From Minisyncoccota bacterium (GTDB taxonomy: Bacteria; Patescibacteriota; JACMRA01): DNA of 64,000 nucleotides. The stretch spans positions 4,159 through 68,158 of the forward strand of contig JAYVFR010000023.1 of NCBI GenBank assembly GCA_043772945.1, written 5' to 3'. Both the position numbers and the translations under genes were made by a program. Every line of letters starts with the position of its first letter. Position 1 is the stretch's first letter. Shown one piece after another: positions 20,532-30,172 of the stretch. Under the pieces are notes generated by a model. It saw nothing but the letters and a program-made list of their open reading frames with translations. It was not told where the DNA came from and did no database searches.

Positions 20532-22211
20532 ATGAAGTATTTTAACTTAGTACAAACAGCAAGCACCTATTCGTGGGTGTTTTTACCTATTTTGGGTTAT
20601 TTAGTTGCTTTTTTTATAGTTGAAATATTTTTTAAATCTAATAGATTTTGGCTAAAAGCTTGGAATCATAAATTTAATTGGTTAAACCGCCTAGATTTTA
20701 GCATTTTCATTTCATTAGTGTGTGTAAGTTATTTTGTTTTAATTAAGTATTTAAATCACTTATCGTTTCAAACCTCTGCTTTTGATTTTGCTATTTTTGA
20801 TCAGAACTTTTTTGTGCAATCTCAAGGCATTTTCCCACCCATTAACTCTGTTAGGGAAATGTCTAATCTCTGGATTGATCATCAGCATTTTAGTCAAATT
20901 ATTTTAGCGCCATTGTATTGGATGAATTCAGGCATGAGTGGATTAGTTATGATATTCTTATCACCTTTATTATTGATTCTAATTCCTAGCATATTAGTCT
21001 ATTTAAGTTACAAAAATTTAACAGAGAACCAAGCCACAAATCAAACTAATTATTGGATAATAGGCTTTAGCTCATTAATATTATCAATTCATCCATATAC
21101 TCAGAGTGCGATTGAATTTTATTATCACGAACAGTATTTATTTAGCTTGTTTTTTGGATTAGTGGTTTACTTTATCACTAGATATTTTTCGAAAAGAGAT
21201 AGGTTTAGTTTGTATGGGTTATTGTTTTCTTACATTGGATGGCTTGGTGTAAAAGAGGATCAGTGGCTTTACATCTTAACATTTTTCCTTTCTCTTGTAA
21301 TTTTAGGAATAGTCTTTTGTAAAAGAAAGTTTTTTGTTTTTATTAAGGCTAATAAAGTTTTTGTTTTTATTAACAGTTTTTTTGGTATTTTTAGTTTAAT
21401 TTATTGGGAGTTAATTCAAAGATGGATGAAATCTGTAAGTCCTAATTGGGGTGGCTATATATCAAATTATACACAATTTAAAAATGTAACTCAAGAATTT
21501 TTTCAAACTGGAAATGTAGGTGATTATTGGAATTCCTTACCGTCACTACGGGAAGATGCAAGTGCATATATGTATCAACATTTTCTTCATTTTGATATTT
21601 TTGGGATTATTTTATTCCCCTTTAGTATATGTGTAAATTATGCTATCAGGCTTTTTAGTTCAAATCAGTTTCTTAGGCACCCTTGGTTTCACTATGGATC
21701 TGAAGTTCCAACAATTGTACTTTTTGGAATCATTTTTACTTATTTTTTATTTATTAAATACAACAAAAAACAGCTAGCTCAAAAATTTATTTATTTTATT
21801 TTGATTAGTTATATTTTTGGATTTATCTCTATAATTGGCTGGAGTGGTAGTATTGATATGCAGCGTGTTAATAACTATTCATTTTTTTCACTTAAGAATG
21901 CTAAATTAGGTTATTTAACTACAAGTGATGAGCGTCAAGATTTAAATTATATCAAACAATTTATAAAACCTAATTATAAGCTTCGTACAAGTAGAGAGTA
22001 CATGCCACAGTTTTCAGCTCGTCTGAATTTAAGCTTTCTTTATGGGATTGATACACCAGAGGGGCTCGAAAAAATGAAAAGTGATGAATATAATTATTGG
22101 CTTATCCCAAAAAAAGCTAAACAAGATAAAATATATATAGAAAGTCTAAAGCAAAATAATTTGAAAATTATTGTGGAAACTAGCAATCAAATTTTATTTA
22201 AAACTAATTAA
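20532..22211 (+). CDS. polytopic membrane protein, DUF2079/GT-C-like
   Basis: 559 aa with more than 10 TM helices. The early loop motif AFDFAIFDQ resembles DUF2079-type predicted membrane glycosyltransferases. Unverified. Confidence 0.5.
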   Translation: MKYFNLVQTASTYSWVFLPILGYLVAFFIVEIFFKSNRFWLKAWNHKFNWLNRLDFSIFISLVCVSYFVLIKYLNHLSFQTSAFDFAIFDQNFFVQSQGIFPPINSVREMSNLWIDHQHFSQIILAPLYWMNSGMSGLVMIFLSPLLLILIPSILVYLSYKNLTENQATNQTNYWIIGFSSLILSIHPYTQSAIEFYYHEQYLFSLFFGLVVYFITRYFSKRDRFSLYGLLFSYIGWLGVKEDQWLYILTFFLSLVILGIVFCKRKFFVFIKANKVFVFINSFFGIFSLIYWELIQRWMKSVSPNWGGYISNYTQFKNVTQEFFQTGNVGDYWNSLPSLREDASAYMYQHFLHFDIFGIILFPFSICVNYAIRLFSSNQFLRHPWFHYGSEVPTIVLFGIIFTYFLFIKYNKKQLAQKFIYFILISYIFGFISIIGWSGSIDMQRVNNYSFFSLKNAKLGYLTTSDERQDLNYIKQFIKPNYKLRTSREYMPQFSARLNLSFLYGIDTPEGLEKMKSDEYNYWLIPKKAKQDKIYIESLKQNNLKIIVETSNQILFKTN

Positions 22212-22317
22212 AAAAAAGTTACTAGCCAAGAACTAAAAAAATGTTTTAATTCTTTCTTATTAAAAGCTTTCTCTTTAGATTACTTTTTATTTTAAACATT
22301 TATCTCTTATTATCAAT

Positions 22318-22914
22318 ATGGAACAAAACATTAAACCGACTGCCGAAAATTCTCTGGATACATTAGAAACTGTACAATTAAAAGAAGCGGTAGAGCTAGA
22401 TAAGCAAAACGACCAACCAGTAATTCAATTAGCAAATAAAAATCTAATATTCTGGCTTAAATTTGAAGGAGTCATTAGTTATATTGGATTTGGCTTTTGT
22501 GTGCTCGCTGGGCTTATTTCAATTATTACCATTTTTGGAATTTTTACCTCATTGCCGTTCTTTGTTATTGGTGGAGCGTACTCATCTTATCGAGCTCGTA
22601 AACACTTTAAAATTGCAAACGCTTTGAAGTTAAATTTGTCTAGCGATAGTATATTGCCAGACTTAAAAGATATTTATAAATGGTCTGGTATTGTTAATTT
22701 AATTAGTATTATTGGTACAGTGCTATCAATTGTTGCAATGATTGGGGTTTCGGCACTCTTTTATTCTGGTTTTAACGGAAACTACAAAAATGACTATAAA
22801 CCAACTTCAAGTGAATGTGAAAAAGCCCCATATTCAATTCAATGTGCTAATACTCAAAAATCTCAAGCACTAGATGATAAAACCAATGATGATGCCAATG
22901 ATAAAATGAGATAA
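22318..22914 (+). CDS. membrane protein
   Basis: 198 aa with three hydrophobic helices and an acidic C-terminal tail. No motif recognised. Confidence 0.5.
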   Translation: MEQNIKPTAENSLDTLETVQLKEAVELDKQNDQPVIQLANKNLIFWLKFEGVISYIGFGFCVLAGLISIITIFGIFTSLPFFVIGGAYSSYRARKHFKIANALKLNLSSDSILPDLKDIYKWSGIVNLISIIGTVLSIVAMIGVSALFYSGFNGNYKNDYKPTSSECEKAPYSIQCANTQKSQALDDKTNDDANDKMR

Positions 22915-22921
22915 AAAATAC

Positions 22922-22950
22922 TTGACATATAGTTAAAAAATTTCTAAATC
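22922..22950 (+). promoter_or_regulatory. putative promoter upstream of pgl
   Basis: TTGACA (22922-22927), a 17-nt spacer, then TAAATC (22945-22950). The -10 element is weak. Confidence 0.3.
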
Positions 22951-22992
22951 TATTCTAGATTAAATAGTCTTTAAAATAGCTACAAAAACAGT

Positions 22993-23703
22993 ATGTCAAC
23001 ACAATTATATAAACCGTTTGTCACGGAATTTGAATCGCGCGACCAATTTCTTAATCTTTCAACTAACGTTATAGAAAGTATAATCTTAGAGAACCAAACT
23101 AATCTAGGGATTGCTAGGGTTGCCTTAGCGGGTGGCAAGACTCCATTACCAATTTATAGCAAATTATCAAGGAGCGGGGCTATTGACTGGGCAAACTTAG
23201 AAGTATTTATAACTGATGAGAGAAATGTTTCGAATACTGATGAAAAATCAAACAGCTACCAAATTAAAAAATCACTTGGGCAAGAAGTAATTGAAAATCT
23301 TTATGAATTTCATGAATTTAGAACTGATTTATTAAAAGACGAATGTTTACGAGACTATCAAGTAAAGTTAGATAGTTTAGATGATATTTGGTTTGAATTA
23401 TGCGTTTTGGGGATTGGAAGTGATGGGCATATTGCTTCGCTTTTTGCTGATACTCCTTATCTAAGACACCAAGAAAACGGAGCTATTGCAACCCTTGCTC
23501 CTCGTGAATATGAAATTCCAGCAAGATATAGCCTTACTATTGAGAGTATTCTCAACAGCCGTGAAATTGTTGTACTATTAGAAGGTCATAATAAAATGCA
23601 AGTTTTAACTGAATTGTTAGAGGGTAAGCTGCTAGCTAGTCAATATCCTGCTAAGTTTCTTCTCTCTCATCCTAAGGTACACATCTATACTTGCTTTGAA
23701 TAA
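22993..23703 (+). CDS. pgl: 6-phosphogluconolactonase (NagB/Pgl family)
   Basis: 236 aa. ALAGGKTP and GIGSDGHIASLF motifs are characteristic of the family. Confidence 0.8.
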   Translation: MSTQLYKPFVTEFESRDQFLNLSTNVIESIILENQTNLGIARVALAGGKTPLPIYSKLSRSGAIDWANLEVFITDERNVSNTDEKSNSYQIKKSLGQEVIENLYEFHEFRTDLLKDECLRDYQVKLDSLDDIWFELCVLGIGSDGHIASLFADTPYLRHQENGAIATLAPREYEIPARYSLTIESILNSREIVVLLEGHNKMQVLTELLEGKLLASQYPAKFLLSHPKVHIYTCFE

Positions 23704-23774
23704 AAAAATACCTACCTAATATTAAATCTAATTAATTTTTAGGCAGGGGTTACGCGAATGTTTTATTAGCTTTA

Positions 23775-23933
23775 TTATTTAATTGATAAAAAGAAGATGA
23801 AAGCTGCTATTAACAGCAAAAATAAAGGTATAACAGGTAGATTTAAGTTGAATAATATTGATACCAATAAAACAAAAATATCAATAACACAAACAAAAAA
23901 CCAAACAGCTTTCCAATTTATTTTCGTTTTCAT
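23775..23933 (-). CDS. possible 52-aa two-helix membrane peptide
   Basis: Minus-strand ORF MKTKINWKAVWFFVCVIDIFVLLVSILFNLNLPVIPLFLLLIAAFIFFLSIK. It looks more protein-like than the overlapping plus-strand 62-aa ORF. No other support. Confidence 0.3.
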   Translation of the reverse strand: MKTKINWKAVWFFVCVIDIFVLLVSILFNLNLPVIPLFLLLIAAFIFFLSIK

Positions 23934-24103
23934 TAAGTCAACCTATAAACTTCTCTACAAACAGGAAGTAAAAAATTATTTTTGACAAGGGTTGTAACTG
24001 TTTTTAAAAACTTTATTAAGAAAATACACAATAATCAATTACGGAACAAAGACCATCGTAGAAACTGCCCTAATTGGATTTTAGTAATGCTAATTTATGT
24101 ATT

Positions 24104-24385
24104 TTATTTACGGACGACTTTTGCGGCCTTACCACCATGAGCTTTAAAAAAAGTTGTTGGGGAGAACTCACCTAAACGATGACCTACCATATCTTCAGTT
24201 ACTAAAACTTCAATGAATTTACGACCATTATGAACACCGAATTTCAATCCGACGAATTCTGGTAAAATTGTGCTAGGGCGGCTCCAAGTTTGAATTACAT
24301 CATTTTTGTCGCTTGCTTTCATGGCGGTAGCTTTAGCTTGTAACTTAAGGTCAATATAAGGTCCTTTTTTGAGTGATCGAGACAT
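24104..24385 (-). CDS. rpsS: 30S ribosomal protein S19
   Basis: 93 aa. [12 protein letters not shown]...[18 protein letters not shown] is typical S19. Confidence 0.95.
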   Translation of the reverse strand: MSRSLKKGPYIDLKLQAKATAMKASDKNDVIQTWSRPSTILPEFVGLKFGVHNGRKFIEVLVTEDMVGHRLGEFSPTTFFKAHGGKAAKVVRK

Positions 24386-24575
24386 TAGGATTTTGTTTAA
24401 AAAATAATTTAATTATAGATGTATGATCTATACCTATTCTAAAATCAACTAGATTGTCAAATCAACTTGATAAAAACTGGATTAAAACTACTTACTCTTT
24501 GCTTATCTTCTGGTTACTTGTCAAGAAAGAAAGAAAGTGCTTGATTATGATAATATTAAAATATTAGAATTTATA

Positions 24576-25079
24576 ATGACTTTTTGGAATGAATTACAGC
24601 GATTTATTATTTTTGGCTTGATCGGCGCTTTGAACTCAGTTTTAGATGTCTTACTATGGAAATTTTTTGTTAATTATTTTAGTAAAAAACCAAAGATTTT
24701 ATCCTTAGTAAAAAAAATTAGATTAAATGTCCACACCCTCGCTCATACTTTATCTTTTGGTATCACTGTAGTCTCTAGTTACTTTTTAAACAAAAATATA
24801 ACTTGGAACGATTCCTCTAACAAAGGTGATTACTTTCAAGGAGTGAGGTTTTTTGCTGTTGCTATTTTTAGTTGGATCGTAACAACATTCATTTTAAATT
24901 ATTTAATTAATAACAAAAAAGTAATTAAAATTGTTGATACAATAGCCCTTTTTGAGCAGACATTTACTAGAAAAGAAAGTTTAATCAAAAAACATTATCC
25001 AACTCTTGCTAAAATAATAACAATAGTTATAAGTATGGTCACTAATTTCATCGGTTATAAAATTCTTGTATTTAAATAA
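24576..25079 (+). CDS. GtrA-family membrane protein
   Basis: Four-TM protein beginning FIIFGLIGALNSVLDVLLW. It sits immediately upstream of a GT2 polyprenyl-phosphate glycosyltransferase, which is the usual GtrA context. The ATG at 24576 is preferred over the ORF-track GTG at 24537. Confidence 0.7.
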   Translation: MTFWNELQRFIIFGLIGALNSVLDVLLWKFFVNYFSKKPKILSLVKKIRLNVHTLAHTLSFGITVVSSYFLNKNITWNDSSNKGDYFQGVRFFAVAIFSWIVTTFILNYLINNKKVIKIVDTIALFEQTFTRKESLIKKHYPTLAKIITIVISMVTNFIGYKILVFK

Positions 25080-25119
25080 ACCACAATAAATAAACCACAA
25101 TAAAAAAATATATAAATTT

Positions 25120-25857
25120 ATGAACAATTACAAATATACTCTTGGAATAGTAGTCCCAACATATAAAGAAAAAGATAATATTGAAACACTTTTACTACGA
25201 GTTAAAACTGAAGTAGAAAAGTATCATATCAATACTACTTTATTAGTCATGGATGACTCAAGTCCAGATGGAACAGCCGACATAGTGAAATCTTTAATTC
25301 CAAAATTAAATAGCGAATATTTGAAAATACAAATTAATGTTCGTCCAGGCAAAATGGGCCTCGGTAGTGCGTACACTCAGGGCTTTACTGCGCTTAAGGA
25401 TGATTGTGAATACTTACTTGAAATGGATGCTGATTTATCACATCAACCCGAATATGTACATGAATTTATTAGTTTAATGCTGGCGGGTAACGACTTAGTT
25501 ATAGGGTCTAGATACATTGAAGGGGGTGACGTAGAAAATTGGGGTTGGCATCGAAAGGCAATTAGTTCTGGTGCTAGTGTCTATTGCCAGACTATATTAG
25601 GGATTCCTATTCATGATTGGACAGGAGGGTATAATATGTACAAATCAACTGTTTTTGATATTGTTAAATTAGACAAAATTTTTGCGGAAGGCTATTTGTT
25701 CCAAGTAGAGATGAAGTATAAGACAGTAAAAGCTAATTTTAAATGGGCTGAGTCAGCTATAATTTTTCCTGATCGTTCGGCTGGACACTCTAAGTTTAGC
25801 AAAAAAATTCTTTTAGAAGCTCTATTAGGTGTTTGGAAGCTAAGGTTTAGTAAATAA
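25120..25857 (+). CDS. GT2 polyprenyl-phosphate mannosyl/glucosyl transferase (Dpm1-like)
   Basis: 245 aa. VVPTYKEKDNI, MDDSSPDGT, EMDADLSH and GSRY motifs are typical of Dpm1/GtrB-type GT2 enzymes. Confidence 0.85.
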   Translation: MNNYKYTLGIVVPTYKEKDNIETLLLRVKTEVEKYHINTTLLVMDDSSPDGTADIVKSLIPKLNSEYLKIQINVRPGKMGLGSAYTQGFTALKDDCEYLLEMDADLSHQPEYVHEFISLMLAGNDLVIGSRYIEGGDVENWGWHRKAISSGASVYCQTILGIPIHDWTGGYNMYKSTVFDIVKLDKIFAEGYLFQVEMKYKTVKANFKWAESAIIFPDRSAGHSKFSKKILLEALLGVWKLRFSK

Positions 25858-25896
25858 AAGGTAAATTTCGAATTCTTTTAACTTTTATTAATAACT

Positions 25897-26337
25897 CTAG
25901 GATTTTACCAGTTTTATTTTAGGTTTACCAATTTTAACGTCATGTAAATATGTTAATTGTACTGGATTTAATACCCATTCAAATGAATTATTATGAGACA
26001 TTAGGAATTTGTTTTGGTGATCAAACATCTGCCAAGTTTTAAGCCAAATATAAATAACTCGTGAATCACTAAAACTAGCTTTGTCATTTATCAGATAGTA
26101 AATTTCAGACATTAAATATTGAGTTTCTAGCCATGTCCAAATTTTTTCAAATTTCTGGCTTAAATCTAGGACTTTTAAATTTTCTCGTTTTAAGCTATAG
26201 ACCAATTGTTTTGACTCATTATCCATTTTGTGATTTGTTAATTGGTATATTTCTAAATCCCAATCTAAAAAAATCAGAATCTTAGTTGTTTCTTTTTTCA
26301 TAAAAAAATAATGAAGCACTCTATTAAAAAATGTCAA
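25897..26337 (-). CDS. hypothetical protein
   Basis: 146-aa ORF with good coding appearance. No confident motif; only a faint resemblance to truncated TsaB-like proteins. Confidence 0.45.
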   Translation of the reverse strand: MTFFNRVLHYFFMKKETTKILIFLDWDLEIYQLTNHKMDNESKQLVYSLKRENLKVLDLSQKFEKIWTWLETQYLMSEIYYLINDKASFSDSRVIYIWLKTWQMFDHQNKFLMSHNNSFEWVLNPVQLTYLHDVKIGKPKIKLVKS

Positions 26338-26357
26338 AATAAAACTTTTATATAAAT

Positions 26358-26693
26358 ATGACTCAAATAACTACACTTTCAGAATACAATCAATTTATTA
26401 AAGATATTTCAAAAGATTATATTATTAGTGATCCGGATCACACACTTGAGCTTGTGGCTTTTGGGCTACTTGAAGAGGCTGGGGAAGTTGCTGGCAAACT
26501 TAAACGTAAGTATAGAGAAGGCAATTTTGATAGATTGGAAACAATTAAAGAACTTGGGGATGTTTTAGGTTATTTAACTTGCATTGCCCATGAACTTGAT
26601 TCGAGCTTAGAAGAGGTAGTTAACCTTAATTATAAAAAATTAGTCCAAAGAAAGCAAGGTAATACTTTGGTTGGTAGTGGTGACAACAGATAG
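26358..26693 (+). CDS. MazG-like nucleotide pyrophosphohydrolase
   Basis: 111 aa. The EExxE motif (LLEEAGEVAGKL) and ELGDVLGYL are typical of the all-alpha NTP-PPase/MazG fold. Confidence 0.75.
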   Translation: MTQITTLSEYNQFIKDISKDYIISDPDHTLELVAFGLLEEAGEVAGKLKRKYREGNFDRLETIKELGDVLGYLTCIAHELDSSLEEVVNLNYKKLVQRKQGNTLVGSGDNR

Positions 26694-26757
26694 AAATAAC
26701 AAATTCTTGGTTTTTAGACTTGCCTTTTTTCAAAAAACTTATATAACTAGTTGAGTT

Positions 26758-27471
26758 ATGCAAAAAGTCGATTTAGCACATAGTTTAAAGTTATTTGAAT
26801 TGATTGGTTTGGAAAGCCAGACTGATGAAACGTTGCGTTCTCAGTATCGTCATTTAGCCAAAAAATATCATCCTGACACAGGAGGATCTGCCGAGGAGTT
26901 TATTTACCTAAGGCAATGCTATATATTTCTAAAAAATAAGTTGCAAGATCCCGCTTATAAAACTAAAAATAAGTATAATTTCCAAACTGGGAATAATCCA
27001 GTATCTTTTAGTGATAAGTATAGTGAGAGTGATTTTTTAAGAGATAAATTAAAGCGTAGTGAAAATGAAATTCAGGATTTTAATATTAAGCTCGAACGTT
27101 TTGAGCAGGGCTTTGTTAATCTGATGGCAGAAAAAACTCACTACGAAGAAATTATGAACCAGCAAATTCAAATTATTAATCAAGCTAAAAGACACAGCCT
27201 AGGTCTTGTCGAGGCATACGAAGTTAAGAAATCCAAAAATACTAGATATTATAAAGAGAAGTTTGCGAAATTATCAAACCAACACAAACCAGTAAACACT
27301 AAAAATAAAAAAGATATTTCAGAGTATAACGATGATTATATAGATGATCACAACAATTTGGTTGATGAATATAGAGAAAGTACTCAAGGAATTGAAAATG
27401 AATTTCATGAATCGGTTGTGAAAGCTTACCAGATGAGTTTTAATGAGATTATGCGTTTAGTAGAATTTTAA
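26758..27471 (+). CDS. J-domain (DnaJ-like) protein
   Basis: N-terminal J domain with HPD (YRHLAKKYHPDTGGS). The remainder is charged and coiled-coil-like. Confidence 0.75.
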   Translation: MQKVDLAHSLKLFELIGLESQTDETLRSQYRHLAKKYHPDTGGSAEEFIYLRQCYIFLKNKLQDPAYKTKNKYNFQTGNNPVSFSDKYSESDFLRDKLKRSENEIQDFNIKLERFEQGFVNLMAEKTHYEEIMNQQIQIINQAKRHSLGLVEAYEVKKSKNTRYYKEKFAKLSNQHKPVNTKNKKDISEYNDDYIDDHNNLVDEYRESTQGIENEFHESVVKAYQMSFNEIMRLVEF

Positions 27472-28295
27472 ATTATTCCAATTAAGACTCGCTCTAATTT
27501 GTTTTGATCTAACCAAACTTGCCAATTGTAATTTGGTAAAGCCTCTTTAACTACTTTTTTAGCTGTTTTAATATTTCTAGGATCAAGCTCTAAATAAATT
27601 TCCTTAATTTGGTGTTTTTTGTTCCAATTATAAATTTGTTTTATTACTTTCTTAAATAAATCTAAACCATCAAAACCTGAATAAAGAGCTGTATCTGGTT
27701 CATATTCAATTTTGTTTTTAGTGGCATTTTTTTTATCTGATTCTGGGACGTAGGGTAAGTTGGCTGTTAAAATATCAATTTTTAGGTTTTTGGGATAATT
27801 TTGTAACAAGTCAGATTGTAAAATAACACAATTTTTTTTGAGTGATTCTAGCGACTTGAAATTAAGATCAAGGTTTTTTTTGGCAATTTCTAGGGCATTT
27901 AAATCTATATCACTAATATAAACTTGTGCAAAAAATTCTTTTAAGGAAATTCCAATTACTCCGCTCCCTGTAGCTATATCAACAAGGGTTTGAGTTTTAT
28001 AATATTCTATGTTTGTTTGAAATTTATAAATAAGTCTTTTAACCCAGTATTCAGTTTCTTCTCTAGGAATTAAAACTGATTTGTTAATTAAAAACTTTTT
28101 ATCTAAGAAGATTATCTCACCAAAAATATAGTCCAGCGGAAACCCTTCTCTATAATTACAAATTGCTCCGTTAATTTGATTGATAATTTCTGTAGAAAGA
28201 GCTGGAAAGAAATGCTTATTACTAATAATTTCTAATTCGTTTAAACTTGTGTAGTGTGAAATGATTTTAATCTCATTTATATCTTGTGGTGTCAT
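27468..28295 (-). CDS. prmC: release-factor glutamine N5-methyltransferase PrmC/HemK
   Basis: 275 aa. SAM motif VDIATGSGVIG and catalytic motif ANLPYVP, a variant of NPPY. Its start overlaps the stop of the upstream pilin-repeat gene by 1 nt. Confidence 0.85.
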   Translation of the reverse strand: MTPQDINEIKIISHYTSLNELEIISNKHFFPALSTEIINQINGAICNYREGFPLDYIFGEIIFLDKKFLINKSVLIPREETEYWVKRLIYKFQTNIEYYKTQTLVDIATGSGVIGISLKEFFAQVYISDIDLNALEIAKKNLDLNFKSLESLKKNCVILQSDLLQNYPKNLKIDILTANLPYVPESDKKNATKNKIEYEPDTALYSGFDGLDLFKKVIKQIYNWNKKHQIKEIYLELDPRNIKTAKKVVKEALPNYNWQVWLDQNKLERVLIGII

Positions 28296-29578
28296 TATCT
28301 GCCTCCGCCTAAATCAATATTGAAAGCAAAGTAGGTGACAAGTGAGGTAATGGTTGTTGCAAGTAATAATACAATTAAACCAATTATGGCATTTTTGATT
28401 GCATTTTGAGCTTTTTCAATTTGCTTGGTATCACCATTGGAAGTAATCCAAAACCACCCCCCGAGAACTAAAAAGAAAAGGGCTACCGCACTAGAAATTG
28501 GGATAGCAATTCCTCCCACTACTGCTTTAACAAGGTTTAAAAAAGAAGATAGTCTTAAATCTTTAAAAACACCATCCTGAAGAGTTAAAAGAGTGGTGGA
28601 CTCCTTAGTCGCTGCATCTCTAATTACAAAAACACTATCAATAGCTGTCAATATTACTTTAGTAGTTAAAACTACTATTAAACCTATTACACCATTTCTA
28701 ATACCTTTGAGACCGTCTTCTTTGACCCAGTCCGCTCCTGCAAAAAAATATTTATAACCACTATAAATTACAACTATTATGGCTAACACTGAGGAGAGAG
28801 TTATTAAAATGTTACTAGCGTTAGTTAAAAGCGGAATAAAAATCTGTTGTCCCAGAACGTTTAGTCCACCATTAGCTCCATCGGCTTTAATTTGCCCAAG
28901 TGTATTACTCTTGGCTATTGTTTCGCCAGTAGTTTTGGCTAAGTCAAATACAGAGCTAGCTAAAAATATTACAACAAGTCCAATACCTGAATTACGAATA
29001 CCTTTAATACCAGTTTCTTTTTCCCAATCAAGAGAGCTAAAAAAGAATTTGTAGCCACTCCACATCATAGCAACAACTGCAATAACTATTGAAATAGTAA
29101 CCAGAAAGTTTTTTATTATTTCTAAAAATTTAATTAAACCTTCTGCATTTAGCTTTCCACCTTCTCCAATTAAGGGAGGGGCTCCGTTCCCTCCTCGAAA
29201 AATTAAACTAACAGCAAAATTACCCAATGTGACCACTACTAATCCGATGACTGCAGAAGTAATAGCTTTACGTCCATCACTTTTGCCATCTACGCTACCG
29301 ATTAGATATTGATACCCTCCCCAAGTAATTACGATAACAGCAAGAGGTAGGGCTGCTATTTGAAAAAAGCTTAGAAGGTTTTCAGTTAGTGAGGTTCCTC
29401 CACAATTTAAGGCACTAGGGAATAAGCATTTAATTGCTAATACATTTAGCGTTTCTAAAGTTTGCTCGGCGGTATATGTTACTGGATTAAATAAAGATAA
29501 ACTGACTGAGAGAGTAATGATTAAACCAAAAACTACAGCTATGGTTTTTTGTAAAAAGGTATTTATTGCTTGAGTCAT
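28295..29578 (-). CDS. membrane protein made of four tandem VirB2/TrbC-like (T4SS pilin-type) modules
   Basis: 427 aa. Four repeats of helix, W/Y-x-G-Y/W, short polar loop, basic residue, then I-x-N/S-x-x-IGL-V/I-V helix. The four copies are ITWGGYQYLIGSVDGKSDGRKAITSAVIGLVVV, MMWSGYKFFFSSLDWEKETGIKGIRNSGIGLVVI, VIYSGYKYFFAGADWVKEDGLKGIRNGVIGLIVV and LGGWFWITSNGDTKQIEKAQNAIKNAIIGLIVL. Confidence 0.65.
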   Translation of the reverse strand: MTQAINTFLQKTIAVVFGLIITLSVSLSLFNPVTYTAEQTLETLNVLAIKCLFPSALNCGGTSLTENLLSFFQIAALPLAVIVITWGGYQYLIGSVDGKSDGRKAITSAVIGLVVVTLGNFAVSLIFRGGNGAPPLIGEGGKLNAEGLIKFLEIIKNFLVTISIVIAVVAMMWSGYKFFFSSLDWEKETGIKGIRNSGIGLVVIFLASSVFDLAKTTGETIAKSNTLGQIKADGANGGLNVLGQQIFIPLLTNASNILITLSSVLAIIVVIYSGYKYFFAGADWVKEDGLKGIRNGVIGLIVVLTTKVILTAIDSVFVIRDAATKESTTLLTLQDGVFKDLRLSSFLNLVKAVVGGIAIPISSAVALFFLVLGGWFWITSNGDTKQIEKAQNAIKNAIIGLIVLLLATTITSLVTYFAFNIDLGGGR

Positions 29579-29608
29579 TATGATTGTGTATATTGTGTTT
29601 TTGATTGA

Positions 29609-30145
29609 TTATCTAAAAAATTTACCGAGACCTAGAGTTAAATTAGTTCCTCCAATTATACTCAAAATTGTATTGATAATAATAAAAGTACTGAAAACAA
29701 TTAAAAGGGCATAAACTGCATCTGATAGATTTTTTTTGGCTTGACTGGCTTGGTTTCCATCAATACCGTCCCAGATCCACATCATTCCACTAAAAATTAC
29801 AGTGAAAGAAACTAGATACCAGATTAATGAAGCTATAAATCCCCATAATCTTAGTAAAACTGTACCTAAGTCTTGTAAATCTAAAGCTTTTTCGGAGCAT
29901 TCTTTGGGTATTATTGGTACAAATTTGGCAAATTGAAATATGTCAGTGAGGGTAATAGTGTCAGTTGGTGGGCAAGCTGCTGCGTATGTATTAAGGCTGG
30001 TTAAACTAATCATTAAAACAAACGCTATCATTAAATGAATAATAGGTTTTTTAATTTGTACAATTAGTTGAGTTAATTGATTAATTGCTTTGGGCAATAC
30101 AGGAAACATACATTTGATTTTAACTAGATTTTTTAAAATGGTCAA
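29609..30145 (-). CDS. single-module VirB2/TrbC-like (T4SS pilin-type) protein
   Basis: 178 aa. Signal-like N-terminus ending NTYAAA, then the same module as the downstream gene (FSGMMWIWDGIDGNQASQAKKNLSDAVYALLIVF). Confidence 0.6.
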   Translation of the reverse strand: MTILKNLVKIKCMFPVLPKAINQLTQLIVQIKKPIIHLMIAFVLMISLTSLNTYAAACPPTDTITLTDIFQFAKFVPIIPKECSEKALDLQDLGTVLLRLWGFIASLIWYLVSFTVIFSGMMWIWDGIDGNQASQAKKNLSDAVYALLIVFSTFIIINTILSIIGGTNLTLGLGKFFR

Positions 30146-30172
30146 TTTGACAAAAGGCGTCTTTGTAAGCTT

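Noticed and set aside
23797-23985. 62-aa plus-strand ORF
   Set aside because: Its sequence is K/N/T-rich and not protein-like. The opposite strand encodes a more plausible 52-aa two-helix peptide, reported as a feature at low confidence.
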